From contig CAKRNA010000008.1 of assembly GCA_934365195.1 (NCBI GenBank), forward strand, positions 3,995 to 67,994: DNA of 64,000 nt. Reading direction: 5' to 3'. The translations under genes and the position numbers were made by a program. This stretch comes from an uncultured Clostridia bacterium. GTDB lineage: Bacteria > Bacillota > Clostridia > Christensenellales > CAAEEZ01. Shown here one piece after another: positions 54,276 through 64,000 of the stretch. Below the pieces are notes generated by a model. It ran no database searches. It was not told the DNA's origin and saw nothing but the letters and a program-made list of their open reading frames with translations. Numbering within the stretch: position 1 is the first letter of the stretch; every line of letters starts with the position of its first letter.

Positions 54276-55571
54276 TTATTGCTCACCGCTTAGTTTCTCT
54301 TTTTTGTACTTAGGATAATCCACCATACATATAATTAAACTTACTACTATTAGCGATAAAACTATCGAAATTACTGCCACTAGCACCACGCTTCTTCCGT
54401 TATTTACAACCACCACGTTTCCGGTTGGGTATTCCACCTTCGTGTTTTCTTCGTAAAACCTACTAATTGCATTTTGGCACGTCTCGGTTTTAACGATAAG
54501 CGCCTCTTTCGTTTTCTCTAAGTTTGCCGAAAACTCTGCGTGAGGAGGAATGGATATCTCACTTGGAGCAACCCACTTAGTTCCGTCGAAAGTATAACCA
54601 AGCGAAGTATAACTCGTTTTAAGTTCGTTATCGATAGTTGCGTTACGTTCGGTTAGCGCCGATATCCTCTCGGTAAACGGAGCAAGCGACTCGCTAATTT
54701 GCGTAGTACTTACGCTACCTAACTTGTCGATAATCTCATTCATTTCGGTTTTCAAACTTTTGATAATATTCTCATTATTTTCTTTTTCTTTTTCAAACGC
54801 CTTGTTTTTTGCCAAAACTTCTTCAACTTTATTTTCGCTAGTAATATATTTATTTACGTTTAAATCATTCCTTAGATAACTTAACATACTAGCGATGCTA
54901 CCTTTTAATTCTTCTTTTAATTGACTAATAGTTTGCTTATTGTAAATAAAGTTAGCATTCTTTCCTTTTTCTATTATATCATCATAATATTTTACTAACC
55001 CTTTGTATTGACTATCAAGTGCACTAAGTTTTTCTTCGTAAGTAGTTGCATAATCGTATGATGCAAAATTCATGGAGTAATCAATTTTATTTAAGTTTTC
55101 CTTTACTTCTTTCATGGCGTAGTCAACTAATGCCATCAAAAATTCTTTTGCTTGCTTTACGTCGCTAAAACAATTAGATTTAGCCTTGATAACGTAGTTA
55201 CCTGTCGGCTCGGTTTTTTTGTTATTTCCTTCGCCAACCACTTTTTGTTCCGGTGCGATACTGATATTTCCCGTAAGGCTTTCAACGTCTACCTTACTAA
55301 ACTTTGCATTGCTTTGCTTAACGGCAAGCAAATTACCTACGTACACTATCGACTCCACGTTAAATTTTTCTCCGTTTGGATAAACGTTGTCCTCGGAATT
55401 TGGATACTCGTAACCAAAAGTCAACGAATATTCCTGCTTGCCCTTATTTACAACGAATGCCATAAGACAAGAGGCAACTATCGTTACAATCAAAACGACA
55501 GCAACCACCCACCAAATACGTTTTTTTAACATTTTAGCAATATCGCCAAAAGTAATTTTCGTCTCTTCCAT
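54276..55571 (-). CDS. Bitopic membrane protein with a large coiled-coil external domain; Wzz/polysaccharide co-polymerase-like topology
   Basis: The N-terminus ...KKRIWWVVAVVLIVTIVASCLMAF and the C-terminal TM VVLVAVISIVLSLIVVSLIICMV. No diagnostic motif was seen. Confidence 0.45.
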   Translation of the reverse strand: MEETKITFGDIAKMLKKRIWWVVAVVLIVTIVASCLMAFVVNKGKQEYSLTFGYEYPNSEDNVYPNGEKFNVESIVYVGNLLAVKQSNAKFSKVDVESLTGNISIAPEQKVVGEGNNKKTEPTGNYVIKAKSNCFSDVKQAKEFLMALVDYAMKEVKENLNKIDYSMNFASYDYATTYEEKLSALDSQYKGLVKYYDDIIEKGKNANFIYNKQTISQLKEELKGSIASMLSYLRNDLNVNKYITSENKVEEVLAKNKAFEKEKENNENIIKSLKTEMNEIIDKLGSVSTTQISESLAPFTERISALTERNATIDNELKTSYTSLGYTFDGTKWVAPSEISIPPHAEFSANLEKTKEALIVKTETCQNAISRFYEENTKVEYPTGNVVVVNNGRSVVLVAVISIVLSLIVVSLIICMVDYPKYKKEKLSGEQ

Positions 55572-55794
55572 ACTCCTCCTATGAAATACAACTCTTTTGT
55601 ATTATAAATATATTATTCTTTTATACTGGTAATAAATTATGTAATTTCGCAAATCGTGGACGGCAAACTCGTTTTGTTTATACTTTATAAACTGTATTTT
55701 TATCGCTTTACCTATCTTATTTACGTGCAATTAACCTAATTTTTCTTTTTTTTATTATTCGCTTAATAACGTTTTAATTACCACAAACCGCACT

Positions 55795-56646
55795 TTATCC
55801 TGCCAAAAACTCGCTGTAAAAGTCGTTTTTCACCTTTTCACGATTATTTTCGTCTATCCTATCCAAAAACTTTAACGGGGCTTTGCGCCTTTTTAACCGC
55901 TCGGTAAACTTAGACGAATAGGCAATAAACAGCAAGTACACGTACGGCATACCAAGGTTGGTTTCCACCAGCGAATTTACGATAAGCGTTTTTAGTTTTT
56001 GGCTAAACGGCATCGTGCTAGACGGATTTCTAATACCACCTATAAGCAAAGTAAACTCCCAGCCAAACTGCACAAGAATGCCTATAATCAGTAGCCACAG
56101 GATATTGATTTTGCCGTTATTGTTGTTTTTCAAATTCCAAATTATCAGCATCAAGTAGCCCACAAACAGCATTATCGCCATGCCGCCGTGAGTAGTGCCC
56201 GTGGTTCTAAAAGTGATTATCTCGCCGCCCGCCGAGAACTTATCGGCAAGCATAGGGCCTGTTAGCCACCAGCACAATATTAGTAGCGACCACTCGAACA
56301 GGTGCTTGTCCTTTGATATCCACAGCCAAATCCACACAAAATTAGTAAAGCCGTAACTAAGCGACATCCAGCACAGTATCCAAAAAAATAACTGCTTATT
56401 TGCCATATCGCCGTTAAATAGGATAATCCGCTCCTGAAATGCGTGGTAAAATATGCCGTAATCCACCACCATATACAGCACGCCTGCAAGCGCTCCGACA
56501 AGTAGCGTCATATACTTTTTCTGCCACAGCAGTAGCCCGATAAGTACCACCAAAAAGGCGATATCAAAGTAAATAAACGCCTCGTCAAATACCCTCATAG
56601 CCACCACCATACCGTCAGGCACGTTTGGAGTTGCTAAAAAAGTCAT
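55795..56646 (-). CDS. Polytopic integral membrane protein, unknown function
   Basis: Eight or more hydrophobic helices, Trp-rich. The start was moved to MTFLATP (purine-rich RBS GAGGGGGAT). Confidence 0.55.
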   Translation of the reverse strand: MTFLATPNVPDGMVVAMRVFDEAFIYFDIAFLVVLIGLLLWQKKYMTLLVGALAGVLYMVVDYGIFYHAFQERIILFNGDMANKQLFFWILCWMSLSYGFTNFVWIWLWISKDKHLFEWSLLILCWWLTGPMLADKFSAGGEIITFRTTGTTHGGMAIMLFVGYLMLIIWNLKNNNNGKINILWLLIIGILVQFGWEFTLLIGGIRNPSSTMPFSQKLKTLIVNSLVETNLGMPYVYLLFIAYSSKFTERLKRRKAPLKFLDRIDENNREKVKNDFYSEFLAG

Positions 56647-57326
56647 ATCCCCCTCTCCCCTAATACTACTATAACTTTTCGTTACAAGCAATACTATTTA
56701 ATAAGTATATTTTATATTCTATAAACTTCTTTTGTCAATAAAAACGGGCTTTATATTTAGACAGGTTGCCATTTCAAACGGCTTAATTACTCAGTTATAC
56801 CTTTCGTTCGCCTATTTCGTATTCATATCCTTGGTTTTTCACGCCTTACGCCTCACACTTTCAAGCCTTTCGCTCTCGCTTTTCAAGTCACCCTTCACGC
56901 CGCTGCCCGCATGTTCAGACTATTCTTCCCGGCCCGACGCAACGTAGCCCTTTTACCCAAATCCTTGTAAAATCTTGCCCCTTTACTTGCCACGCCAAAA
57001 CGCAAAATCTAGCCTACGTTTATAATACCATATTTTGCTTATTTCCACAATACCACTAAAAGCAAACAAAATTCTTCTCCCGTTCTTCTCTCAAATCAAG
57101 GATAAATACTGCTGCGTATTAGTCCTGCCTTAAACAATCAGTTAAACCATATCTTTTATTTATGCAATAACAACTAATGAGGTTTAAAGTCACTTCACCT
57201 GTAATTATATAAAAAGAACTTAAAAATTCCATATTAGGCGTAAAATTCGCTTCACAATCGTACTTTTATGATATAATATTATTGACAAAACGTTGTGAAA
57301 CACGTATTAAAAACGGAGAACTCGGT

Positions 57327-57842
57327 ATGGCTTTTAAACGCAAAAAAGTATCTACTTTAAAAAAAATTATTTCTGATATTGCGATAATCCTGTTTGTGAT
57401 TATCGTAGGGGTCGTTTACGTAGCGGGCGCTCCTGAAAGATGGAATATGGTACTATTTAACGTACTCGACACCCTTAAATTAGGCAGAGCCGGCGGGGCT
57501 TTAATTTGGGTGCTTTTCTCCTTTATTATCGGCGCTATCGTCACCCCGATAACGTTAAAAGAAAGCAAGTGGAACAACAAAAATTTGGCGCTACCCGTAA
57601 TAAGCCTTAATGGTGACAAAATCGAAATAAATAATTACAATAATTCGGTTGTGCTTTGCGCTACGGATATTGCCAAAGTAACCATTATGAACAAGGATTC
57701 CGTAATCCAAATTTACACTAAAGACGGCAAACGCACCATACCCGAAAACCTAGATAGCCCTCGCCTTTCGTACGAAAAACTAAAAGAATATCTTACCGCA
57801 GTTAGCCCCGATATCACTTTCGAGGACTCTGCTAAACAATAA
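57327..57842 (+). CDS. Membrane protein (2 TMs plus a soluble C-terminal domain), unknown function
   Basis: The start was moved to MAFKRKK. Hydrophobicity only. Confidence 0.5.
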   Translation: MAFKRKKVSTLKKIISDIAIILFVIIVGVVYVAGAPERWNMVLFNVLDTLKLGRAGGALIWVLFSFIIGAIVTPITLKESKWNNKNLALPVISLNGDKIEINNYNNSVVLCATDIAKVTIMNKDSVIQIYTKDGKRTIPENLDSPRLSYEKLKEYLTAVSPDITFEDSAKQ

Positions 57843-58325
57843 CCCAAAGTTTCACGAATTTTAGCCCTAAAAAAGCAATATCGAAAACCTAACAAATGGT
57901 AAATATGCTAATAAATAGTGTGTCTATATAGTAACAAAATATAAATCTGCATAAATATACAAACAAAAACCGCCTGATGATAAAACCATTACGAAAAATT
58001 GCAACAATTTGCAAATATATTTCGATATTGATCATTTAATCAACAAGGCGCTTTTATTTTTCAAAGCAACAAAATCAATCGCAAAAGATAAGCGTAAATT
58101 ACATATTTTGCCGCAACAATTCAAGCACTCGACACGGTTAAATATCTAATACTTAAAACCCTAACCTCGCTTTCCGCTAAGTTAGGCAATATTTGGTGGG
58201 AATAATGAGGATATGTTTCAAAAGATTTATGACGTTTAGACGGCACATACTTTCATACCGAAAAAAGTTAAATAATAAAATAATACAAACCCCGTTTTTG
58301 TTTCAGGGTTCGTACAATTCGCTTG

Positions 58326-58414
58326 TGGCGGAAGCGGTGGGATTCGAACCCACGGTACCTTACGGTACAACTGATTTCGAGTCAGTCCCGTTATGACCAC
58401 TTCGATACGCTTCC
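58326..58414 (-). tRNA. tRNA-Ser (anticodon CGA), 89 nt with long variable arm and encoded CCA
   Basis: The reverse complement is GGAAGCG TA TCGAAGTGGTCATAACGG GACTGA CTCGAAA TCAGT TGTACCGTAAGGTACC GTGGG TTCGAAT CCCAC CGCTTCC G CCA. Confidence 0.9.
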
Positions 58415-58423
58415 ATAGGTCTT

Positions 58424-58452
58424 ATTATAATATAAAGTTTGCAGTTTAGCAA
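58424..58452 (-). promoter_or_regulatory. Sigma-70-type promoter of tRNA-Ser
   Basis: On the minus strand: TTGCTA (58452-47), 17 nt, TATAAT (58429-24), 9 nt before the mature 5' end. Confidence 0.55.
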
Positions 58453-58873
58453 ATCAAATTTAGGTGTTTTTAATTTTTAAGCCAAAATTCTATTTAATTC
58501 GTAATTATATTGCATTCTTAATTGATTATGTTAAAAACTCGCTGTTTTAAGGCGTTTTTCTGCTAAGAGTTTTTATTACTCTTTAAGGCGCACAAAAACG
58601 TAAACTTTTACGCCGTTTAAAAACGCTTAAAATTTGCTTAAAAACACAATTCTCCCCGCAAATTTTGTAAAATTAGCCATTTTTAACACTAAAAACCTTA
58701 TAAAGTAGGCGGATATTTACATCGCCTTTATCTCCTCTTTTACCTAAGGTTTTTCCGTTTTTTTACGTAATTTTGATACTTTAAAAGAAATTTTTACGTG
58801 AATTTGCAAGAATAATAACGCTTAGTTTTTACCTATTAAAACGGGATATCCCACAAAATAGGCAATTATTTTA

Positions 58874-58903
58874 CAAAAAAATAACGAGGTTCTTGCCCTC
58901 GTT
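58874..58903 (-). terminator. Intrinsic terminator after the 664-aa gene
   Basis: AACGAGG-N7-CCTCGTT followed on the minus strand by ATTTTTTTT. Confidence 0.7.
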
Positions 58904-58918
58904 ACTTATTTTTTAGCA

Positions 58919-60913
58919 TTATTTTTGCTCCGATTGTTTGTTAAAATCGGTATTATACGTTAGGTTGTAATAAATTATCCAGTCCTGATTATTTGCAAGT
59001 TCGTCAAACTTTTTGCCGCTGAACGAATTAACTTTGTAAGGGAAAACGTAAGCGCAACTAGCCTTATCGTCGTTATATAATAGCAACAAATCCAACAAAA
59101 GATTATTCGCTCTTTCTTGGTAATAAGGCTTGTTTTTCGGCTTTGAGTACCTGCTTAACGCCTTTGCCGTAATCACACTACTTAGGCTTGGGAAGTTATC
59201 GCCGTAAAGCCTGCTTTGACCAAACTTGTGGCTATCCCAATGCCTTATTGCCGAATCGTACATAAACACGCTTGGTTGTTTTCCGCTAAACGACAACAAG
59301 ATTTTGAACAGTTTTTTTGCCTCGATTAGATACTTATCCTCGCCCGTCAAATCGTACGCATCTAGCATAATATCGGTGGCCGACGCTACCACGCTGTCAG
59401 AGAACCTTGCGTACTCGGTAGGGAAGTGTATGCCGTGTTTTAGCACGTTTTCGATTTGTTGCAAATACTTCTCCTTTAAAGATTTTGCCACTTCTTTTTC
59501 GCCAAGTTTATCCGCAAACGCAATTATTTTAAGGATAGGCAGTTCCACGTAAGCGTTCACACCGCCCTTTTCGTAGAACTTAAACAGAATTTTAACCGCC
59601 TTGTCAAAATACCTTCTATCGCCAAAATACTCGTAAGCAAGCAAATAAAGTAGCGAATACCAGCCGTACGTGGACTTGTTTTCAATAGGTGAAACTTTAA
59701 AAATCGCCGTGTCGCACACCGTTCCGCTTTCCTTTACAATCGTCCTATCGATAAAGTCCAACCCAAGTTTAATGCTGTCCTCTAATTTTGCCTTAAATTC
59801 CTCAGTAATAGGCTGCTCCGATAGTAGCCTTGAAAGAATGGCAATAGGCATACAAACCCTGTCTTTACCAAGGTTTTTGTCGCTTTTTGCAGTTGGCTCG
59901 TGCAATTTTCTTTCCTCGCTAAAATCGTACACGTAGTAAGCCCCACGCCTTAAATCGTTTTTATCGTGGTTTTGTTGGTTATCCACAATAAAGTTAAGCC
60001 TATCGTCGATTAGTTCTAGTTCGTTTTTAATGATATTGATATCAAAATGCGTGGTATGATTGTTGTACTTAATCACGAATTTCTTTATGCCCGGAGTGTC
60101 GAACGAGCCGTGCAATAAAAACCTATCGTCACCGATTTTAGCCACCTCACACGGCTTGCCACCTGCCATTACGTTTATGGAATTGATGTTTTTGCCTTGA
60201 AGTTCCACCTTGATTTCTTCTTTTATTCTGAAGGTAAATCTATCCACGTTTATTTGTAGGTAACTTTCTTCTTTAAGCGCCTTTTCAAAGAATCTCTTTT
60301 CGTTTCTAAACGAGAAAAGTTTCAGTCTTAGGTGCAATTTATCCATAGGGTTTATGGTAAACGGCCTAAACAAAAGCACGAAGTCGCCCCTATCGTTTAT
60401 TTGCATTTTTCTAATAATAGCGTAGTCCGCAATTTGTCCGCCCACAACTTGAACGCCGAAGTTGTTATCCTCCCCGTTCATTCTAAGAGCGTAAATATAA
60501 CTGGAACTTTCGCCGCACCAGATATGCGCATGGCATTTTTTTGTAAGTTGGTGCTCCTTTGTAAACGGCGTGTAACTATCGTTAAACGGAGCAAAAATAC
60601 CGATATCGCCCGTGTTAAAGGTAAGCGGATTAAGTTGCTTGTTCGTGAACACGTAGTCAAGATAAGCGTCGTTTTCGGTCATAGTCAAATTACATACGAC
60701 CTCTAATTCGTTGTAATAGTACGTTTCGGTGATTTTATTCGGCTCGTAACTTGTTGAGGTTATCGTATTTTCGCCGTACATACTGCCAAACAGCCCGCTA
60801 TTACTCTTCACCCAGTTAAGTTGATGTTGGTCGGAGTTTAGCGTCAGTTTTTTAATTCCGCCTTTCACTTTGTCGTACTCAATTCTAAACTTGTTGTTTT
60901 GTAGTACTTTCAT
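58919..60913 (-). CDS. Hypothetical 664-aa cytoplasmic protein (possibly alpha/alpha-toroid glycosidase-like in its C-terminal half; unverified)
   Basis: No signal peptide. The ATG abuts the tex stop codon. No motif was recognised with confidence. Confidence 0.5.
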   Translation of the reverse strand: MKVLQNNKFRIEYDKVKGGIKKLTLNSDQHQLNWVKSNSGLFGSMYGENTITSTSYEPNKITETYYYNELEVVCNLTMTENDAYLDYVFTNKQLNPLTFNTGDIGIFAPFNDSYTPFTKEHQLTKKCHAHIWCGESSSYIYALRMNGEDNNFGVQVVGGQIADYAIIRKMQINDRGDFVLLFRPFTINPMDKLHLRLKLFSFRNEKRFFEKALKEESYLQINVDRFTFRIKEEIKVELQGKNINSINVMAGGKPCEVAKIGDDRFLLHGSFDTPGIKKFVIKYNNHTTHFDINIIKNELELIDDRLNFIVDNQQNHDKNDLRRGAYYVYDFSEERKLHEPTAKSDKNLGKDRVCMPIAILSRLLSEQPITEEFKAKLEDSIKLGLDFIDRTIVKESGTVCDTAIFKVSPIENKSTYGWYSLLYLLAYEYFGDRRYFDKAVKILFKFYEKGGVNAYVELPILKIIAFADKLGEKEVAKSLKEKYLQQIENVLKHGIHFPTEYARFSDSVVASATDIMLDAYDLTGEDKYLIEAKKLFKILLSFSGKQPSVFMYDSAIRHWDSHKFGQSRLYGDNFPSLSSVITAKALSRYSKPKNKPYYQERANNLLLDLLLLYNDDKASCAYVFPYKVNSFSGKKFDELANNQDWIIYYNLTYNTDFNKQSEQK

Positions 60914-63190
60914 TTATTTTACGCCTCCGAATTTGTTTTGCAAAGCCTTAAGCATATCGTCCACGCTCTTCTCGTTAGGTTTATTCCTTCTGCCGTTATC
61001 CTTGTCACGCTTGGTTACGTTGGTTTTTGCAAGTCTTTCTTTCATAAAATCGTTTTTGCAACCTATCATAGTCAGGCTGATGCGCTTTCTTTCCACGTCA
61101 ACGCCAAGGACTTTCACCTCTACGATATCGCCCACTTTCAGTACGTCGGACGGGTGTTTTACGTATCCGACGTCGGTGATTTGCGAAATGTGAACGAGTC
61201 CGTCTTGATGAACGGCAATATCCACGAACACGCCGAAATCGATTACGTTTCTAACCGTGCCTTTTAGCGTCATACCTTCCTTTAAGTTAGAAATATCCAT
61301 AAGGTCCTTTCTAAGTTCAAGTTGAGGCAATTCGTCCCTTATATCCCTGCCCGGTTTTAGTAGTTCTTCCACCACGTCCATTAAAGTCGGCGTGCCGATA
61401 TCACACATTTTTGCGATTTGCTCCACGCCCTCGCTCTCTATCCTCTTTTTTAAGTCTTGTAGTTTTTCCTCTTTTACGTCCTTTGCAGAGTAGCCAAAGT
61501 GCTCCATAAGAGTCCTAACAGCCTTGTAACTTTCAGGGTGAACGCCCGTGTTGTCCAGCACGTTTTTGCTGTTTGGAATACGCAAAAAGCCGGCGCATTG
61601 AGTGTACGCCTTAGGTCCGAGTTTTGGCACTTCTAGTAGTTGTTTTCTGCTGGTAAACGGCTGAGTTTCACGGTAAGCAACGATATTTTTTGCAATAGCG
61701 TTATTCAGCCCTGCCACGCTTTTAAGCAGGCTAACCGACGCAGTATTTAGGTCAACGCCGACGCTGTTTACACAGTCCTCCACCACTCCGCCAAGCACTT
61801 CGTCCAAGCGTTTTTCGGGCATATCGTGTTGATATTGACCTACTCCTATAGACTTAACGTCTATCTTGATTAGTTCGGCAAGCGGATCTTGTAACCTTCT
61901 TGCAATCGACACAGCGCTACGAAGCGATACGTCGAACTCCGGAAATTCCTCTGCGCCAAGTTTTGAAGCACTATAAACGCTTGCGCCCGACTCATTCACC
62001 ACCATATAACCAACGGGGGTGTCAAGTTCCTTTATCAAGTCGCTAACGAAAATCTCGCTCTCCTTACTTGCCGTTCCGTTACCTATCGATATCACTTCCA
62101 CGCCGAATTTTTTAACAAGTTTTTTGATTATTGCCTTGCTTTCCTCAATCTTACTTTGCGGTGGGGTTGGGTAAATTACGGTGGTAGCAAGTACGTTGCC
62201 GCTCCTATCGATAACCGCAATTTTGCAGCCCGTTCTATACGCAGGGTCAAGCCCTAAAATCACCTTGTTTTTAAGTGGCGCTTGCATTAGTAACGGTTTT
62301 AAGTTCACCTCGAACATTTTGATTGCTTGCTCGCTTGCCGTATCGGTCAGTTCGTTTCTAACCTCCCTTTCAATCGACGGGAAAATAAGCCTTACGTAAC
62401 TGTCCTCGATAGCCTCTATCATATACTTACTATCGCTTTTTAGTTCGTGGCTTTTTAGGTAGTCAAGAGCAAGTTCTTTATCAAGCACAATGCTTACTTT
62501 CAAGCATTTTTCTTTTTCGCCCCTGTTTATTGCCAAAATTCTGTGGCTAGGAATTTTGTTTATCGGCTCACTATACTCGCCGTACATATCGTAAACGTCG
62601 CTACTTTTTTCCTTGGTAAAAGCGGTTTCGATACTGCCCTTATCAAACAACATCTGCCTTAGCGCCTTGCGGTAATTAGCATTATCCGATATCCACTCGG
62701 CAATTATATCCTTAGCGCCGCTAATAGCCTCCTCCACGGAGTTTACGCCCTTTTCTTCATTTACGTAATCTTTGGCAATTTCCTCGATATTTTCGCCATT
62801 CTGCCCGTAAATCACCTTTGCAAGCGGCTCTAAACCACGCTCGACAGCCACGCTAGCCCTCGTTTTTTTCTTTTGCTTAAACGGACGATAAATATCCTCC
62901 ACCTCGGTTAGCGTCTTGGCAACAGTTAGCGCCATAGCGATTTCGTCGGTCATTTTGCCTTGCTCGGTAATAGCGTTTGCCACCTCTTGTTTCCTAGTTT
63001 CAAGGTTGCGCAAGTACACTAGCCTATCGTAAAATTCACGAAGCATTTGGTCGTTAGCCTCGCCCGTTTTCTCCTTTCTATACCTTGCTATAAACGGAAT
63101 GGTGTTGCCCTCGTCGATTAGGGCTATAATATTTTTGGTGTATTCCGGTTTTACGTCAAATTCTCTAGATAGCGTTAATTCAATATTCAT
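60914..63190 (-). CDS. tex: Tex-like transcription accessory protein (YqgF/RuvC-like fold, HhH and S1 domains)
   Basis: The N-terminus ...IIALIDEGNTIPFIARYRKEKTG. The C-terminal S1 domain GMTLKGTVRNVIDFGVFVDIAVHQDGLVHISQI. Confidence 0.9.
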   Translation of the reverse strand: MNIELTLSREFDVKPEYTKNIIALIDEGNTIPFIARYRKEKTGEANDQMLREFYDRLVYLRNLETRKQEVANAITEQGKMTDEIAMALTVAKTLTEVEDIYRPFKQKKKTRASVAVERGLEPLAKVIYGQNGENIEEIAKDYVNEEKGVNSVEEAISGAKDIIAEWISDNANYRKALRQMLFDKGSIETAFTKEKSSDVYDMYGEYSEPINKIPSHRILAINRGEKEKCLKVSIVLDKELALDYLKSHELKSDSKYMIEAIEDSYVRLIFPSIEREVRNELTDTASEQAIKMFEVNLKPLLMQAPLKNKVILGLDPAYRTGCKIAVIDRSGNVLATTVIYPTPPQSKIEESKAIIKKLVKKFGVEVISIGNGTASKESEIFVSDLIKELDTPVGYMVVNESGASVYSASKLGAEEFPEFDVSLRSAVSIARRLQDPLAELIKIDVKSIGVGQYQHDMPEKRLDEVLGGVVEDCVNSVGVDLNTASVSLLKSVAGLNNAIAKNIVAYRETQPFTSRKQLLEVPKLGPKAYTQCAGFLRIPNSKNVLDNTGVHPESYKAVRTLMEHFGYSAKDVKEEKLQDLKKRIESEGVEQIAKMCDIGTPTLMDVVEELLKPGRDIRDELPQLELRKDLMDISNLKEGMTLKGTVRNVIDFGVFVDIAVHQDGLVHISQITDVGYVKHPSDVLKVGDIVEVKVLGVDVERKRISLTMIGCKNDFMKERLAKTNVTKRDKDNGRRNKPNEKSVDDMLKALQNKFGGVK

Positions 63191-63197
63191 TTTTCAC

Positions 63198-64000
63198 CTA
63201 TTTCATATATTCAAAGAACAAATCTTGCTCGATAAAAGTATCTCTAATTTTTGCCACGTCGAAGTTGCCGTAGCCTATCATCAGTTTTACAAGTGCAGCC
63301 TCTATGCTAATACCCTTCAAAATCTTCACGTTATTTTCTTTAAGGGCGGTGGTGCTTGCGTAATTTTTTTGCTTAATATCCATCGGGGTTAAGTACAAAT
63401 CAATGGAGTTTTGCTTGCAATATTTTGCAAAGTTTATCAAAGACGTAGTTTCACCCTCTACGCAACAAGTACCGCTGTGGTAAAGTTCGTGCAGAATAAA
63501 TTTTGCCTTGAACTTGCTGTGGAAAAACTCGTAATTCATACTTACGTACGGTTTTATCAGCATAAACTCGTTAGAAAAGTTCGGCGTGTAGCCCGAAGGC
63601 ACGAATTTTTTGTTGTTCACCTCTTCAACGGTCGGGTTGTACTCGGACGGAATATAACAGAACTTGCCGTCCACCATTTTACCAAAAGGCTCGCCGGAAG
63701 CGGACAAAACCTCCCCCGTGATTTGAGTGGCTTGGGTGGTTCTCGTTGCAAGGATAATATTATCGCTGCCGAATTTATCACGATAAGCAACGTACACTCC
63801 CTTCACGTTGGCGTTTATTATAAAATTAGCGGCGCTCATAAAGTTGGCAAAGCCGTTGCCCGTTTCGTCCGATAGCGGCTTGTTGCTAGACACCACTACG
63901 ATAGGGATATTCACCCCTGCGAACATATAACCAAGCATACACGACGTATATGCCAAAGTGTCCGTGCCGTGCGTCACGATTATTCCGTCAGGCTTAGATT
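63198..64000 (-). CDS. L-asparaginase (type I-like), 5' end outside the window
   Basis: The frame stays open to the window edge. The reading ...KPDGIIVTHGTDTLAYTS contains the asparaginase HGTDT motif. Confidence 0.75.
   Translation of the reverse strand, partial: SKPDGIIVTHGTDTLAYTSCMLGYMFAGVNIPIVVVSSNKPLSDETGNGFANFMSAANFIINANVKGVYVAYRDKFGSDNIILATRTTQATQITGEVLSASGEPFGKMVDGKFCYIPSEYNPTVEEVNNKKFVPSGYTPNFSNEFMLIKPYVSMNYEFFHSKFKAKFILHELYHSGTCCVEGETTSLINFAKYCKQNSIDLYLTPMDIKQKNYASTTALKENNVKILKGISIEAALVKLMIGYGNFDVAKIRDTFIEQDLFFEYMK

Noticed and set aside
56732-56947. 71-aa + strand ORF upstream of the 55795-56646 membrane protein gene
   Set aside because: It has no RBS and a Ser/Leu/Phe-rich low-complexity product. 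It lies in the divergent promoter region.

Overview
This is a 64-kb chromosomal segment from a low-GC, probably anaerobic Firmicute. The Clostridia-like signals are a reverse rubrerythrin with a PerR-type Fur regulator, FucO, and Listeria-Bacteroides-repeat and BspA-type LRR surface proteins. ORFs are intact under the standard code. All calls come from reading the sequence and ORF track by eye; no searches were run, and family names are motif-based recollections. The left ~29 kb is accessory and mosaic, in three blocks. (i) 1-10983 is the right-hand part of an integrated element. It consists of co-directional unknown genes: lysine-rich small proteins, six membrane-anchored or secreted proteins, and a Zot/pI-like P-loop ATPase. 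It also has four copies of a conserved 64-130 bp intergenic module and a GC-rich hairpin cluster, and it ends at a displaced 3' half of tRNA-Asn(GTT). (ii) ~11.0-15.5 kb is an AT-rich islet with two XRE regulators, a DUF5050-type lipoprotein and an IS3 remnant. (iii) 15689-28805 is a ~13-kb tyrosine-integrase island inserted in the anticodon loop of a tRNA-Arg(CCT), whose two halves survive at the borders. The island carries an intact replacement tRNA-Arg(CCT), an RloC-like zinc-hook ABC ATPase plus HNH nuclease pair, an M-R-M-C type II R-M system, a replication module and hipBA. The right 35 kb looks mostly like core genome. It holds a 4-gene surface-protein/ABC operon (1870-aa and 1022-aa proteins), fucO and a 1518-aa DUF4011-helicase-nuclease (Hhe-like). 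It also holds an LRR lipoprotein preceded by a perfect (GCTT)x19 microsatellite next to an intrinsic terminator, plus a MATE pump, YegP, rbr-perR, membrane proteins, tRNA-Ser(CGA), tex and a truncated asparaginase gene. No rRNA, CRISPR array or intact IS was seen.
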